Shown here: positions 37,273-46,713 of the stretch, one piece after another
Layout: every line of letters begins with the position of its first letter
Numbering within the stretch: position 1 is the first letter of the stretch
NCBI GenBank assembly: GCA_965216355.1
Contig: CBDCFR010000013.1
Span: 588,883 to 652,882 of the forward strand
Origin: Acidimicrobiales bacterium
Lineage (GTDB): Bacteria > Actinomycetota > Acidimicrobiia > Acidimicrobiales > SZUA-35
DNA length: 64,000 bases
Reading direction: 5' to 3'
Program-made: the position numbers and the translations under genes
The notes under the pieces: model-generated
Database searches by the model: none
Told to the model about the DNA's origin: nothing
Seen by the model: the letters and a program-made list of their open reading frames with translations, nothing else

Positions 37273-38745
37273 ATGGATTCGGTATCTCGGAGGAAAGTTC
37301 TCGTTTCCGGCGCGGCGGCAGTGGCGGTGGTGGCGTTTGATTCCACCACGGGGAGTTGGTTGACGGCGGCCGATGCGGCTGCAGCGGTCGACGGCAGCCC
37401 GGGCGTCGTCCCGGTACCGCCACAGATCAGCGATCGGCTGTTCACAGACGCTGCGACCACCGCGGCGGCGGCCGACGACTTCGGCCACATCATCTCCCGT
37501 ACCCCGTGGGCGGTGCTCAAGGCCGAATCCACATCCGACGTTGCGACCCTCATCAAGTGGGCCAATCAGGTCGGCATCCACGTGGCCGCCCGGGGTCAGG
37601 CTCACTCCGTGTTCGGGGAGAATCAGGTCGACGGTGGCGTTGTGATCGACATGAACGCCATGAACACCATCCACGAGATCGGCACCGACTACGCCGTGGT
37701 CGATGCGGGGGTCAAGTGGTCGGAGCTGCTCGCTGCCGCCGGCGCTCAGGGCCTTGCCCCGTTGGTGCTCACCGACTACCTCGAACTCTCGATCGGCGGC
37801 GTGCTCGCCGTTGGCGGAATCGGCGGCAACATGAACCAGCACGGGATGGTGATCGACACCGTCGACGCCATCACCGTGGTCACCGGCAAAGGCCAAACCG
37901 CTCGTCACATCTCGCCAACCCGTAAACCCGATTTGTTCGACGCAGCCCTCGGCGGCCTTGGTCAAGCGGCGATCATCACCCAAGCCCAAATCAAGCTGGG
38001 CCCGGCCCCGGCTCTGGTCCGCATCTACGAGTTGACCTACAGCAATATCGCCGACTTCGCCGCCGACCAACGCACCCTGGTGACCGACGCTCGCTTCGGT
38101 TACCACGAGGGTCAGGTGGTCGCCGACGGGGTGGGCGGCTGGAACTTCAAGATCGAGGTCGGGGCCTACTACACCCCACCGTCGACCCCCGATGACGCGA
38201 CGCTGTTGGCGGGGCTCACGCCCGACGTGTCGTCGATCCAGTTCGACCTGCCTTACACGGTGTGGCTCGGGCGGGTCGGTTTCGCCGAGGCACAGCTGCG
38301 AGCCATCGGGCTCTGGGACACCCCACACGCCTGGTCGGATCTGTTCCTCGCCGATGCCGACCTCGAGGATTACGTCACCAACGTGATGTTGCCCAACCTG
38401 TCGCCGGCCGGCGTTGGTGCCGGGCTCATTCTCCTCTATCCGTTCCGCACGTCGCTGCTCAACCGGCCGTACGCCAAGGTGCCCGACGGCGAGATCGCCT
38501 GGGCCTTCGACATCCTCCGCTTCCCGTTCGACCCCACGCTCACCGAAGCGTTGCTGGCCGAGAACCGGGTGTTATACGAGGGAGCGGCCGCCTCGGGCGG
38601 CACGTTCTACGCCATCGGCGCCCTCGACGCCACCCCGGCCGAATGGGAGACACACTACGGCGACCTGTACGCCGACGTGGTAGCGGCCAAGGATCGCTAC
38701 GACCCCAACCGAGTTTTGACGCCGGGGCAAGGTTTGGGTTTGTAG
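37273..38745 (+). CDS. Tat-exported FAD-linked oxidase, cytokinin dehydrogenase (CKX)-like
   Basis: Twin-arginine signal: SRRKVLVSGAAAVAVVAF. FAD_binding_4 core: VAARGQAHSVFGENQVDGGVVIDM...LSIGGVLAVGGIGGNMNQHGMVIDTV. CKX-like strings: GGLGQAAIITQAQIKLGPAP, PHAWSDLFL, LILLYPF, KDRYDPNRVLTPGQGL. Confidence 0.85.
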   Translation: MDSVSRRKVLVSGAAAVAVVAFDSTTGSWLTAADAAAAVDGSPGVVPVPPQISDRLFTDAATTAAAADDFGHIISRTPWAVLKAESTSDVATLIKWANQVGIHVAARGQAHSVFGENQVDGGVVIDMNAMNTIHEIGTDYAVVDAGVKWSELLAAAGAQGLAPLVLTDYLELSIGGVLAVGGIGGNMNQHGMVIDTVDAITVVTGKGQTARHISPTRKPDLFDAALGGLGQAAIITQAQIKLGPAPALVRIYELTYSNIADFAADQRTLVTDARFGYHEGQVVADGVGGWNFKIEVGAYYTPPSTPDDATLLAGLTPDVSSIQFDLPYTVWLGRVGFAEAQLRAIGLWDTPHAWSDLFLADADLEDYVTNVMLPNLSPAGVGAGLILLYPFRTSLLNRPYAKVPDGEIAWAFDILRFPFDPTLTEALLAENRVLYEGAAASGGTFYAIGALDATPAEWETHYGDLYADVVAAKDRYDPNRVLTPGQGLGL

Positions 38746-38754
38746 CGGGAACCA

Positions 38755-39651
38755 GTGAGCGATTCGCTTCGTCCCATAATTATGAAGACCTCTCAGATCC
38801 ACCCCAAACGTTGGCTGATTTTGGCCGTGTCCCTCTTCGCGCTCCTCGTCTTGGCTGCGGCCTGCGGTTCGGGCGACGACGATCAGATCGCGGCCGGCGA
38901 TGACACCGGCGAAGGTTCAAGCGACACGAGCCTGTCGATTGCCGGATCGTGGGAGCTTGTTGCCCTTGAGGTCGACGGGGAACCGATCGCTGTGCCCGAT
39001 CCCGGATTGGTGATGGACATCGAGGCTGGCAACATCAGCGGTGACGCCGGCTGCAACAGCTTCTCCGGCCAGATCGACCGCAGCGACGACGGCTCGCTGA
39101 CACTGGGCCCGCTGGCTCAGACCGAAATGGCCTGCGACATCCTCGACTTTGAAACGCAGTACATGCGAGCGCTGTCGGGAGCCACCCGTTGGGAGGGCAC
39201 CCCGGCCGGTATCGCCTTCGTGTCCGACACCGCCCGGATGGAATACAGCCAGCGCCTTGTGGCCGAACCCGCCGTCGTGCCGCTGGCCGGAACCCAATGG
39301 GAGCTCAACAGCATCTATGGCCCTGGCGATGGTCCCGCGCGGTCGGTGTCGAGCATCGACATGAGCTCGCCCGGCGTCACCATGGTCATCGAAGGTGGCA
39401 CCGTCACCTTGAGCAGCGAGAACTGCACCGACACGATGTTCGAGGTCGAGTACTCCGAGGAAAAGGGAGGTGGCTCTTTTGCCGTCAACGGTGGCGGTGG
39501 CACCGAATGCACCGGCTCCGAAGGCGAGAACGTCAACCTCGATACCGCCGTTAGTGCCGTGACCTCGGCCTCGGGTTACATGCTCGACGGTGAGCGGCTC
39601 ACGCTGCTCGGCGAAGAGGGTGAACTGGTCGACTTCGTGGCCGCCGGCTGA
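38755..39651 (+). CDS. META-domain (HslJ-like) lipoprotein, two META copies
   Basis: Lipobox: LLVLAAACGSG. META signature: GSWELVALEVDGEPI...ISGDAGCNSFSGQI...SLTLGPLAQTEMAC...YMRALSGATRWE. A second, weaker copy follows. The likely start is ATG 38782. Confidence 0.8.
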   Translation: MSDSLRPIIMKTSQIHPKRWLILAVSLFALLVLAAACGSGDDDQIAAGDDTGEGSSDTSLSIAGSWELVALEVDGEPIAVPDPGLVMDIEAGNISGDAGCNSFSGQIDRSDDGSLTLGPLAQTEMACDILDFETQYMRALSGATRWEGTPAGIAFVSDTARMEYSQRLVAEPAVVPLAGTQWELNSIYGPGDGPARSVSSIDMSSPGVTMVIEGGTVTLSSENCTDTMFEVEYSEEKGGGSFAVNGGGGTECTGSEGENVNLDTAVSAVTSASGYMLDGERLTLLGEEGELVDFVAAG

Positions 39652-39710
39652 GCCCGGCGGGGTCGCCATCGAAATCAGGAACCACCAGGCGGTGGCACAA
39701 CTACTGTTGC

Positions 39711-40613
39711 GTGATGCCCAGCGAGAAGATGCGCCCCGGCGAAGTCGACATCGACGATGCGATGGTGAGGGCGCTGATCGACCAGCAGTTTCCTGAGTAT
39801 CGAGATCTGGAACTCGAGCGAGTCGACTCCGCAGGAACCGACAACGCCATGTACCGGCTCGGCCCTGAGCTCGCAGTGCGTCTGCCTCGCCTCCCGAGCG
39901 CCGAAGGTCAGGTGGAAAAGGAGCAGCGCTGGTTGCCGGTCCTTGCTCGGCACGTAACGCTGCCGATCCCCGTTCCGGTTGCGCTCGGAGTGCCGGGCCG
40001 TGGCTTCGACATGCACTGGTCGATCTACCGGTGGCTCGACGGCGACAATGCGTTTGAGTCGCCTATCAACGATCTTCAGCACGCCGCCGTAGCCCTGGCT
40101 CAATTCGGGACTGAGCTACGACGGCTTGATCCGACTGGAGCGCCGCCAGCGTGGCGGGGCAAGCCACTTGCGCTGCAGGAAGCCGATGTGCTGGCGGCCA
40201 TCAACGACCTCGGAGGCGCCGGCGTTGTCGACAGGGATGCGGCGCTTGACGCCTGGCAGCAGATCATCCGTATTCCGCAGTGGACCAAGGCACCGGTCTG
40301 GTCGCACAGCGATCTGCTGCCGGGCAACTTGTTGGTGCGAGACGGGCGAGTTTATGCCGTGATCGACTTCGGCTGTGTTGGTGTCGGTGACCCCGCCGCC
40401 GACCTGATGATGGCCTGGACCGTGCTGGGTGAGAGCGAGCGTGATGTCTTCCGAGAACACTCTGACGTCGACGACAACACCTGGGCTCGCGGCCGAGGAT
40501 GGGCCTTCGGGTTCGGCCTCATGGCCTATCACTACTACCACGTGAAGAACCCTGTGCTGGCCGCCATCGGCCTGCGTTCGGTCAACGAGGCCCTGCCGGA
40601 GTTCGTCGAGTAG
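39711..40613 (+). CDS. aminoglycoside phosphotransferase (APH)/choline-kinase-like family kinase
   Basis: The sequence SAGTDNAMYRLG is present. The catalytic and Mg loops read WSHSDLLPGNLLVRDGRVYAVIDFGCVGVGDPAADL. Confidence 0.85.
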   Translation: MMPSEKMRPGEVDIDDAMVRALIDQQFPEYRDLELERVDSAGTDNAMYRLGPELAVRLPRLPSAEGQVEKEQRWLPVLARHVTLPIPVPVALGVPGRGFDMHWSIYRWLDGDNAFESPINDLQHAAVALAQFGTELRRLDPTGAPPAWRGKPLALQEADVLAAINDLGGAGVVDRDAALDAWQQIIRIPQWTKAPVWSHSDLLPGNLLVRDGRVYAVIDFGCVGVGDPAADLMMAWTVLGESERDVFREHSDVDDNTWARGRGWAFGFGLMAYHYYHVKNPVLAAIGLRSVNEALPEFVE

Positions 40614-40652
40614 GGCTCCGACGATTGTGGCCGAGCGGGCAAACCGAGGTTC

Positions 40653-42455
40653 CTAGCAGCCGGTCTGTTCCCAACTGCTCACGTGGAAACCCGTCGCATC
40701 TGCACTGGGTGCCACGGTGATGAGCAACAGGATTTCGTCGAGCGAGCGGTTGCTCAACGGAAGGACGTTGTCGAAGGGCAGAACGTAGTGGGTGAGGCCG
40801 TCGCCTACATCAACCTGCACAAACTCCAACGTCTGGCCCGATTGCAGGTCGCCGATCCCGCCTGATTCGAGGAAATGCAGCAGGGCCTCCTCCGGACTGC
40901 TGGACGGCTCGGAATCGGGTGTCAGATCAGATCCGCCCTCGTTGGGAGGAAGCCCAGGGCCTCCCCCCTCACACTCGACAACGATTGGCAGTCGGTCAGC
41001 CGACGCTACGGGAATCTCGGATGGTATGAGTGGCACAACGGATGTGTCGTTAACCGAAGATTGTCCGGAGTCGCCGCCTCGTGCTCCGGTGGCGTCGTCT
41101 TGCGGTGGGGTGCCGATCAAGGGTGTGTGCCGCCACACTTGCACCGTGGTGTCGGCCGAGCCGGTGGCGACCAGGTTGTTATCGAGCACGGCGATGACCG
41201 AGATCGAGTCGGCGTGGCCCGGAACCGTTTCGGCCAGCGCCACTGCCTGATCGGGGTGCCAGACCATGACGCTGCCATCGGCCGCACCGGAAACCAGCCG
41301 ACCGTCAGGCAGTGCGGCCAAGGCGGTGACCGCCTCGGCGTGCCGGTCGAACTCCACGACCTCACGCGGTGCCTCGTCGGGGTGCCAGACCAATATGATG
41401 CCGTCGGCCGAGCCGCTGGCGATCCTTCCATCAGGCAACACTGCGATGGCATTGACGGCTGCAGAATGCTCGTCGAACGGTCGGGTCGACGGGTCGTCAA
41501 GGCCGGTTTCGGGGTTCCAGAGTCGTACGTCACCCTCGGCATCACCGGTCACGATGCGACCATCGGCCAGCTGCCCTATGGCCAGCACCGTCGAAGCGTG
41601 CTGGGTTTCCACCAACAAGCTTTCGTTGCCAACCCAATCAAGAATCACATTGCCGTCGCCGGCCGCCGACGCGATTCTCTCGTCGTCGAGGAGAAGAGCT
41701 GGAACGACAGGGGCCGTTGCGTCGCGGTTAATACCTCCCCGGAGCCCCCCTCCCGTCTCGAGCTCATACTCATCAACGGCCAGCACACCGTCGAATACGC
41801 TGGTCACGACCACGGCGCCCGGTGAGAGTTGAGCCAGACCGGTGACCACCCGATCGGCAGGGCCAAACTCCTGGCTCGGATCGAAGGGTAGCTCCAGCTC
41901 CACGGAAGCCGCCCCGTCATCCAAGCGAGCCAGGTCCCAGATCTGCAGCGAATTGCCGTGGCTTCCCACAACGAGCCGACCGTCGTCGAGCTGGACCAGC
42001 GCCGTGACGTTCATATCGGTCAGCAGGCTGAGGCCGACTCCGGGTTGGAACACATCGTCCAGGCTCGAACCGGACTCCTCGTCTTCCACTGGTTGCCGGC
42101 TGGTTGTAGTCGTTGTTGTGCTATCGGGGGCGGTGTTTGTCGTGTCGCCCGGCTTGGTCGAGGAAATTCGTTGGGCTTGGTCGCCACCCGACAGGATCAG
42201 GCCGATCGTAAGCAGCGCCCCGACGAACACGGCGGCCGCCAGGGCCAACCAACGAGGTCGCCATGACCTGGTCTCGACCGCCGGTTCGGCAGCGGTGGGC
42301 GCGAGGTCCGACGAGTCGATCAGCACAAGGTCGGCCCGGTACGCCGAGTGGTCAGCGAGCGCCGGCCGATTTTCGAGCTCGGCAAGGGTGATCGGTTCCA
42401 CCTCGGCCGAGGAGGCGCGGATCGTTTCCGCCAGCAATGCCACCTGGTCAGCCAT
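40653..42455 (-). CDS. membrane-anchored anti-sigma-like protein with an extracytoplasmic WD40-type beta-propeller
   Basis: It overlaps the upstream ECF sigma gene by 8 nt. The TM helix is WLALAAAVFVGALLTIGLIL, followed by a Thr-rich linker. Repeated WD-like units are present (DGRIVTGDAEGDVRLWNPE; DGRIASGSADGIILVWHPD; DGRLVSGAADGSVMVWHPD; LVATGSADTTVQVWRH). Confidence 0.75.
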   Translation of the reverse strand: MADQVALLAETIRASSAEVEPITLAELENRPALADHSAYRADLVLIDSSDLAPTAAEPAVETRSWRPRWLALAAAVFVGALLTIGLILSGGDQAQRISSTKPGDTTNTAPDSTTTTTTSRQPVEDEESGSSLDDVFQPGVGLSLLTDMNVTALVQLDDGRLVVGSHGNSLQIWDLARLDDGAASVELELPFDPSQEFGPADRVVTGLAQLSPGAVVVTSVFDGVLAVDEYELETGGGLRGGINRDATAPVVPALLLDDERIASAAGDGNVILDWVGNESLLVETQHASTVLAIGQLADGRIVTGDAEGDVRLWNPETGLDDPSTRPFDEHSAAVNAIAVLPDGRIASGSADGIILVWHPDEAPREVVEFDRHAEAVTALAALPDGRLVSGAADGSVMVWHPDQAVALAETVPGHADSISVIAVLDNNLVATGSADTTVQVWRHTPLIGTPPQDDATGARGGDSGQSSVNDTSVVPLIPSEIPVASADRLPIVVECEGGGPGLPPNEGGSDLTPDSEPSSSPEEALLHFLESGGIGDLQSGQTLEFVQVDVGDGLTHYVLPFDNVLPLSNRSLDEILLLITVAPSADATGFHVSSWEQTGC

Positions 42456-42942
42456 CGACGTTCACCTCCAGGTTCGTCCTCAGACGGGTCAACGCCCGGC
42501 GTACGTGGGTGGCCACCGTCGACTCCGAACATTCGAGAAGTTCGGCCACCTCCCGTTGCCGATAGCCCATGCCGTGGACAAGCCACACCGCCACCCGCTG
42601 TTGTTGGGGAAGGCCGGCGAGATAGCGAAAGAGGTGAGGTTCGACGTGTGGTGGTTCCCAGTCGATGGGGATTCCCGCCATGTCCCCATCGACTCGGTCC
42701 TCCCGGGCGGTCGCCTTCAGCGCAGTGGACTGGCCGACTCGGTACAAATAGCCGACCGGATTGTCCATGACTCGAAGGCGATCCCAGTTCTGCCAACCCC
42801 AGGCCAACGCATCGGCGGCCGCTTCCCTTCCGCGGTGGTGCCCAAAGGCCGCCACCAGCGACAGCCGGACGCGTTCCTCAACCTCGGCAAAGAAGTCCGA
42901 GAAGTCGGTCTCTGCGTAGGCGGGCGCGGACTTGGCAGGCAC
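42448..42942 (-). CDS. ECF-type RNA polymerase sigma factor
   Basis: A 164-aa protein. Region 2-like sequence: AADALAWGWQNWDRL. Region 4 HTH: LPQQQRVAVWLVHGMGYRQREVAELLECSESTVATHVRRALTRLR. Confidence 0.85.
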   Translation of the reverse strand: MPAKSAPAYAETDFSDFFAEVEERVRLSLVAAFGHHRGREAAADALAWGWQNWDRLRVMDNPVGYLYRVGQSTALKATAREDRVDGDMAGIPIDWEPPHVEPHLFRYLAGLPQQQRVAVWLVHGMGYRQREVAELLECSESTVATHVRRALTRLRTNLEVNVDG

Positions 42943-43162
42943 TGTGTACTAAATCTCCCAGCCTCGGAAAACCGTGACAAGAAATTGAGGATAATTCGGC
43001 CTGCCACACCGTCGATGGAAGCGGCCAGGGTGCGTTTACCCGAGCTTTTGTCGCCACACCCTGATTCATCTATGTTGGTGGGTGGTAGCGCGGACGTACG
43101 AAGGTGCGGACAAAGGGCTCGGGCGGTAGAGATCCTCAAATCCACCGAAAGGACCTTCCGCC

Positions 43163-44524
43163 ATGACCGCCGATGACTCCACTTGCTGTGGCCCGGGTTA
43201 CGCCTCCCCTGAGGAAGCCATGCAGGCCGACCGGGAAAAGCTCCTCTATACGGTTGCGCTCTACACCGGAACCGGGGTCGAATCCCCCGACTACCTGGCC
43301 ACTATCGACGCCGACCCCGAGTCGCCAACCTACTCCCAGGTGATCAGCCGCTTGGAGATGCCCAACATCGGCGACGAGTTGCATCACACCGGCTGGAACG
43401 CCTGCTCGTCGTGCCACAGCGACTCGTCGAAAGAACGCAAATACATGATCGTGCCCGGGGTACGGTCATCGCGCATTCACATCGTCGACACCGCCACCGA
43501 TCCTCGCAAACCCACCCTGCACAAGGTGATCGAAGGCGACGAGATCAAAGCGAAGACGAACCTGTCGGCCCCGCACACCGTGCACTGCCTCGGCTCCGAC
43601 ATCATCATCTCGATGCTCGGTGACGCCAACGGCGAGGCCCCCGGCGGCTTCCTCCATCTCAACGAGGACTTCGAGATTGTGGGCCGCTGGGAGAACGACA
43701 TCACGGGCATGAACTTCAACTACGACTTCTGGTATCAGCCCCGCCACAACATGATGGTGTCGTCGGAGTGGGGTGCCCCCAACACGTTTATGCCCGGCTT
43801 CGACCTCGGCGACGTGGAAGCGGGCAAGTACGGGCACTCGATTCACTTCTGGGACTTCGAGGGCAAGCGGATCGCCAAGACCGTCGATTTGGGCGAGGAG
43901 GGCATGATCCCCCTTGAGGTTCGTTTCCATCACAACCCCGACTCCACTCAGGGTTTTGTGGGCGCCACCCTTTCGTCGAACATCTTCCACTGGCACCAAA
44001 ACGGCAGCGGCCCGGAAGTGCAGAAGGTCATCGACGTTCCCCCGGTTGAGCTCGAGGGCTGGGACTTCCCGGTGCCAAGTCTGATCACCGACATCCTCGT
44101 GTCGATGGATGACCGCTACCTCTACTTCTCCAATTGGCTGCACGGCGACCTCCGCCAGTACGACATCAGCGATCCGGCCAACCCCAAGCTCACCGGCCAG
44201 GTGTGGATCGGCGGTCTGCTCGGCAACGGACCCGAGGTCAACGGCCACAAGATCGAGGGGGCACCGCAGATGATCCAGCTGTCGCTCGACGGCAAACGGC
44301 TCTACGCCACCACCTCGTTGTTCTCCACGTGGGACAATCAGTTCTACCCGGGCATGAACGAGACCGGTTCAGCGATGATTCTCGTCGACTGCGATCCCGA
44401 GAATGGCGGCATGTCGATCAACCCCGACTTCTTCGTCGACTTCGGCGCTGAGCCCAACGGGCCGTCTCGCTGCCACGAAACCCGCTATCCCGGCGGCGAC
44501 TGCACCTCCGACATTTGGCTCTAG
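43163..44524 (+). CDS. selenium-binding protein SBP56 / methanethiol oxidase family protein
   Basis: It is collinear along its whole length with what I recall of human SELENBP1. Shared strings are CCGPGYASPEEAM, DYLATIDADPESPTYSQVISRLEMPNIGDELHHTGWNACSSCH, YDFWYQPRHNMMVSSEW, LITDILVSMDDRYLYFSNWLHGDLRQYDISDP, PQMIQLSLDGKRLYATTSL and RYPGGDCTSDIW. No signal peptide is present. Confidence 0.95.
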   Translation: MTADDSTCCGPGYASPEEAMQADREKLLYTVALYTGTGVESPDYLATIDADPESPTYSQVISRLEMPNIGDELHHTGWNACSSCHSDSSKERKYMIVPGVRSSRIHIVDTATDPRKPTLHKVIEGDEIKAKTNLSAPHTVHCLGSDIIISMLGDANGEAPGGFLHLNEDFEIVGRWENDITGMNFNYDFWYQPRHNMMVSSEWGAPNTFMPGFDLGDVEAGKYGHSIHFWDFEGKRIAKTVDLGEEGMIPLEVRFHHNPDSTQGFVGATLSSNIFHWHQNGSGPEVQKVIDVPPVELEGWDFPVPSLITDILVSMDDRYLYFSNWLHGDLRQYDISDPANPKLTGQVWIGGLLGNGPEVNGHKIEGAPQMIQLSLDGKRLYATTSLFSTWDNQFYPGMNETGSAMILVDCDPENGGMSINPDFFVDFGAEPNGPSRCHETRYPGGDCTSDIWL

Positions 44525-44886
44525 AACAGTCAGGTCCAGAATCGGCCGGACCTGGTCGGCCGCACCAGGTCGCCCTCAGCAGCGAACAGTTTGCCGAGGG
44601 TGACCGGGTGCTGTCGGTGGAGCCTGATCAGACGATCCTCGACGCGGCCGAAGCGGCCGGGATTGTGCTGCCCTTCGGCTGTCGATATGGAGGGTGTGTG
44701 ACCTGCGCCGCCCGGTTGGTGGCGGGCGACGTGGCCCAACCCGAGGCGGTTGGACTCAAGAAATATATGGTCGACGCCAACTACGTCCTAACATGCGTGG
44801 CCTATGCGACAACCGACTGTGAACTCGAGGTTGGTGTGCGCAGCCACTTCAAGGGGCTGTACCGAAATCCGTTTCGAGGGAGTTAG
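44515..44886 (+). CDS. plant-type [2Fe-2S] ferredoxin
   Basis: The core reads DQTILDAAEAAGIVLPFGCRYGGCVTCAARLVAGDV...YVLTCVAYATTDCELEV (CxxxxCxxC...C). The start is uncertain (TTG 44515 overlapping the SBP56 stop, or an internal GTG near 44608). Confidence 0.75.
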   Translation: MALEQSGPESAGPGRPHQVALSSEQFAEGDRVLSVEPDQTILDAAEAAGIVLPFGCRYGGCVTCAARLVAGDVAQPEAVGLKKYMVDANYVLTCVAYATTDCELEVGVRSHFKGLYRNPFRGS

Positions 44887-46706
44887 TGGCGGTGGCTGAT
44901 CAACCGGGCGCCACGATGCTCAGCAATGTGTTGGCCCGCTGCCGAATCTCGCTCGACGGGCCATGGAACATCATCGTCGACCCGTACGAGATGGGCTACA
45001 TCGGCATCCTCGGCGACCGTAATCCCCGAGGGTTCTACCGCGACTTCAAGCCCCGCCACTCTGCCGATCGGGTGGAGTACGACTTCGATCGCTCACCCAC
45101 TCTCACCGTGCCGGGCGACTGGAACACCCAGGACGAGCGCCTCCTCTATTACGAGGGCACTGTCTGGTATCGCCGCATTATCACCGTCGAACCCGACACG
45201 TTTGTGTTTCCCCGGCAATTCCTCCACGTCGGTGCGGCCAACCACACGTCCCGGGTCTTTCTCGACGGTGAGGAGCTGGCCACCCACGTCGGCGGCTTCG
45301 GGCCCTTCGCCGTTGAACTCACCGGCCGTCTGACGTCGGGTCGCCACTCCATCGTGATTCAGGTCGACAATCGGCGAGAGCCCGACCGGATCCCAGCGAT
45401 GCGTTCCGATTGGTGGAACTTCGGCGGCCTCACCCGCTCGATCGATATTGTCGACGTACCCGAGACATTCCTCCGCCACGCCTGGTTGACGATGACGCCC
45501 GACGGTCGGGTGGTTGGCGGCGCAGAGGTTGACGGCGACCCTGCGGCGCAGATTTCGCTGAACCTACCCGATCTCGGGGTGGCCACAACGGTGACCGCCG
45601 GGGAACGATTTGAGCTCGAAGGTCTCCGTCCGGAACGATGGGCGCCGGGAGCCCCCTTGCTTCACCAGGTTGAATGGACGTTCGACGCCGGCTCCGGAGC
45701 TGATCACACAACTGATTACAACGCTGATCACATCACCGACGAGGTCGGCTTTCGCACGGTGGCGGTCGAAGGCCCGCAGATTGTGGTCAACGGCCAGCCC
45801 ACCTTCCTCCGAGGCATCTCCATCCACGGCGAAGGGCCCACCGGTGGCCGTCGAGCTCACGGGCCGGACGACGCCGCAACCCTTCTCGGCTGGGCCTCGG
45901 ACCTCGGCGCCAACTTCGTGCGGCTCGCCCACTACCAACACGACGAACACATGGTGCGAGCATGCGATCGAGCCGGGCTGCTGGCCTGGGCCGAGCTGCC
46001 GGTCTACTGGGGCATAGCGTTCAATGACGCCGACGTGCTGGCCAATGCACGATCCCAACTCGACGAACTCATCGTGCGGGATCGGGCCCGGGCATCGATC
46101 ATCATCTGGTCGGTGGCCAACGAAACCGCTCCCACACCGGAGCGCACCGAGTTCCTCACCACCCTCGTCGACCATGCCCGACAACTCGACGCCACCCGGT
46201 TGGTCAGCGCCGCACTTCTGACCATGCCCACCGGCGACGAAACCCATCATCACATCGACGATCCCCTGGGCGACGCGGTGGATCTGGTGGCGGTCAATCA
46301 GTACCTGGGCTGGTACTACGGCGATCGAACCGCGGTTGGCCAACACACCTGGTCAAACGCCTGGGACAAACCCATGGTGTTCACCGAACTTGGCGCCGGG
46401 GCCAAAGCCGGCCATCACGGTGACGAGAACGAGATCTGGACCGAGGAGTTTCAGGCCGCCCTGTACCGGCAGCAGATCGAGATGGTGCGAAAAGGCCGAG
46501 CCGGGGGAGATGCCACGGGGAGTGGCAACGGCCGCATTGCCGGCCTGTCACCGTGGATCCTCAAAGACTTCCGAGCCCCGGTTCGAGTGCTGCCGGGGAT
46601 TCAAGACGGCTACAACCGAAAGGGCCTCGTCAGCGAGGAAGGTGAGCGCAAACTCGCCTTTGACGTGCTCCGCTCGTACTACGAGGAGATCGCCGCTGAA
46701 CGGTGA
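44886..46706 (+). CDS. glycoside hydrolase family 2 protein (beta-glucuronidase/beta-galactosidase-like)
   Basis: Sugar-binding domain: GTVWYRR. TIM barrel: GANFVRLAHYQHDEHMVRACDRAGLLAWAELP, acid/base context IIWSVANE, nucleophile context MVFTELGAG. Confidence 0.85.
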   Translation: MAVADQPGATMLSNVLARCRISLDGPWNIIVDPYEMGYIGILGDRNPRGFYRDFKPRHSADRVEYDFDRSPTLTVPGDWNTQDERLLYYEGTVWYRRIITVEPDTFVFPRQFLHVGAANHTSRVFLDGEELATHVGGFGPFAVELTGRLTSGRHSIVIQVDNRREPDRIPAMRSDWWNFGGLTRSIDIVDVPETFLRHAWLTMTPDGRVVGGAEVDGDPAAQISLNLPDLGVATTVTAGERFELEGLRPERWAPGAPLLHQVEWTFDAGSGADHTTDYNADHITDEVGFRTVAVEGPQIVVNGQPTFLRGISIHGEGPTGGRRAHGPDDAATLLGWASDLGANFVRLAHYQHDEHMVRACDRAGLLAWAELPVYWGIAFNDADVLANARSQLDELIVRDRARASIIIWSVANETAPTPERTEFLTTLVDHARQLDATRLVSAALLTMPTGDETHHHIDDPLGDAVDLVAVNQYLGWYYGDRTAVGQHTWSNAWDKPMVFTELGAGAKAGHHGDENEIWTEEFQAALYRQQIEMVRKGRAGGDATGSGNGRIAGLSPWILKDFRAPVRVLPGIQDGYNRKGLVSEEGERKLAFDVLRSYYEEIAAER

Positions 46707-46713
46707 TCGCTCA

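Noticed and set aside
37210-38328. 372-aa minus-strand ORF opposite the FAD oxidase gene
   Set aside because: It has no recognisable motif and a typical high-GC antisense composition (Gly/Asp/Val/Arg-rich). The plus-strand protein has clear Tat and FAD-binding signatures.
41842-43176. 444-aa plus-strand ORF across the WD40 anti-sigma and ECF sigma genes
   Set aside because: It lies antisense to two well-supported genes and has Ser/Arg/Pro-rich composition with no motifs.
45564-46346. 260-aa minus ORF inside the GH2 gene
   Set aside because: It is an antisense shadow. The GH2 frame carries the family signatures.
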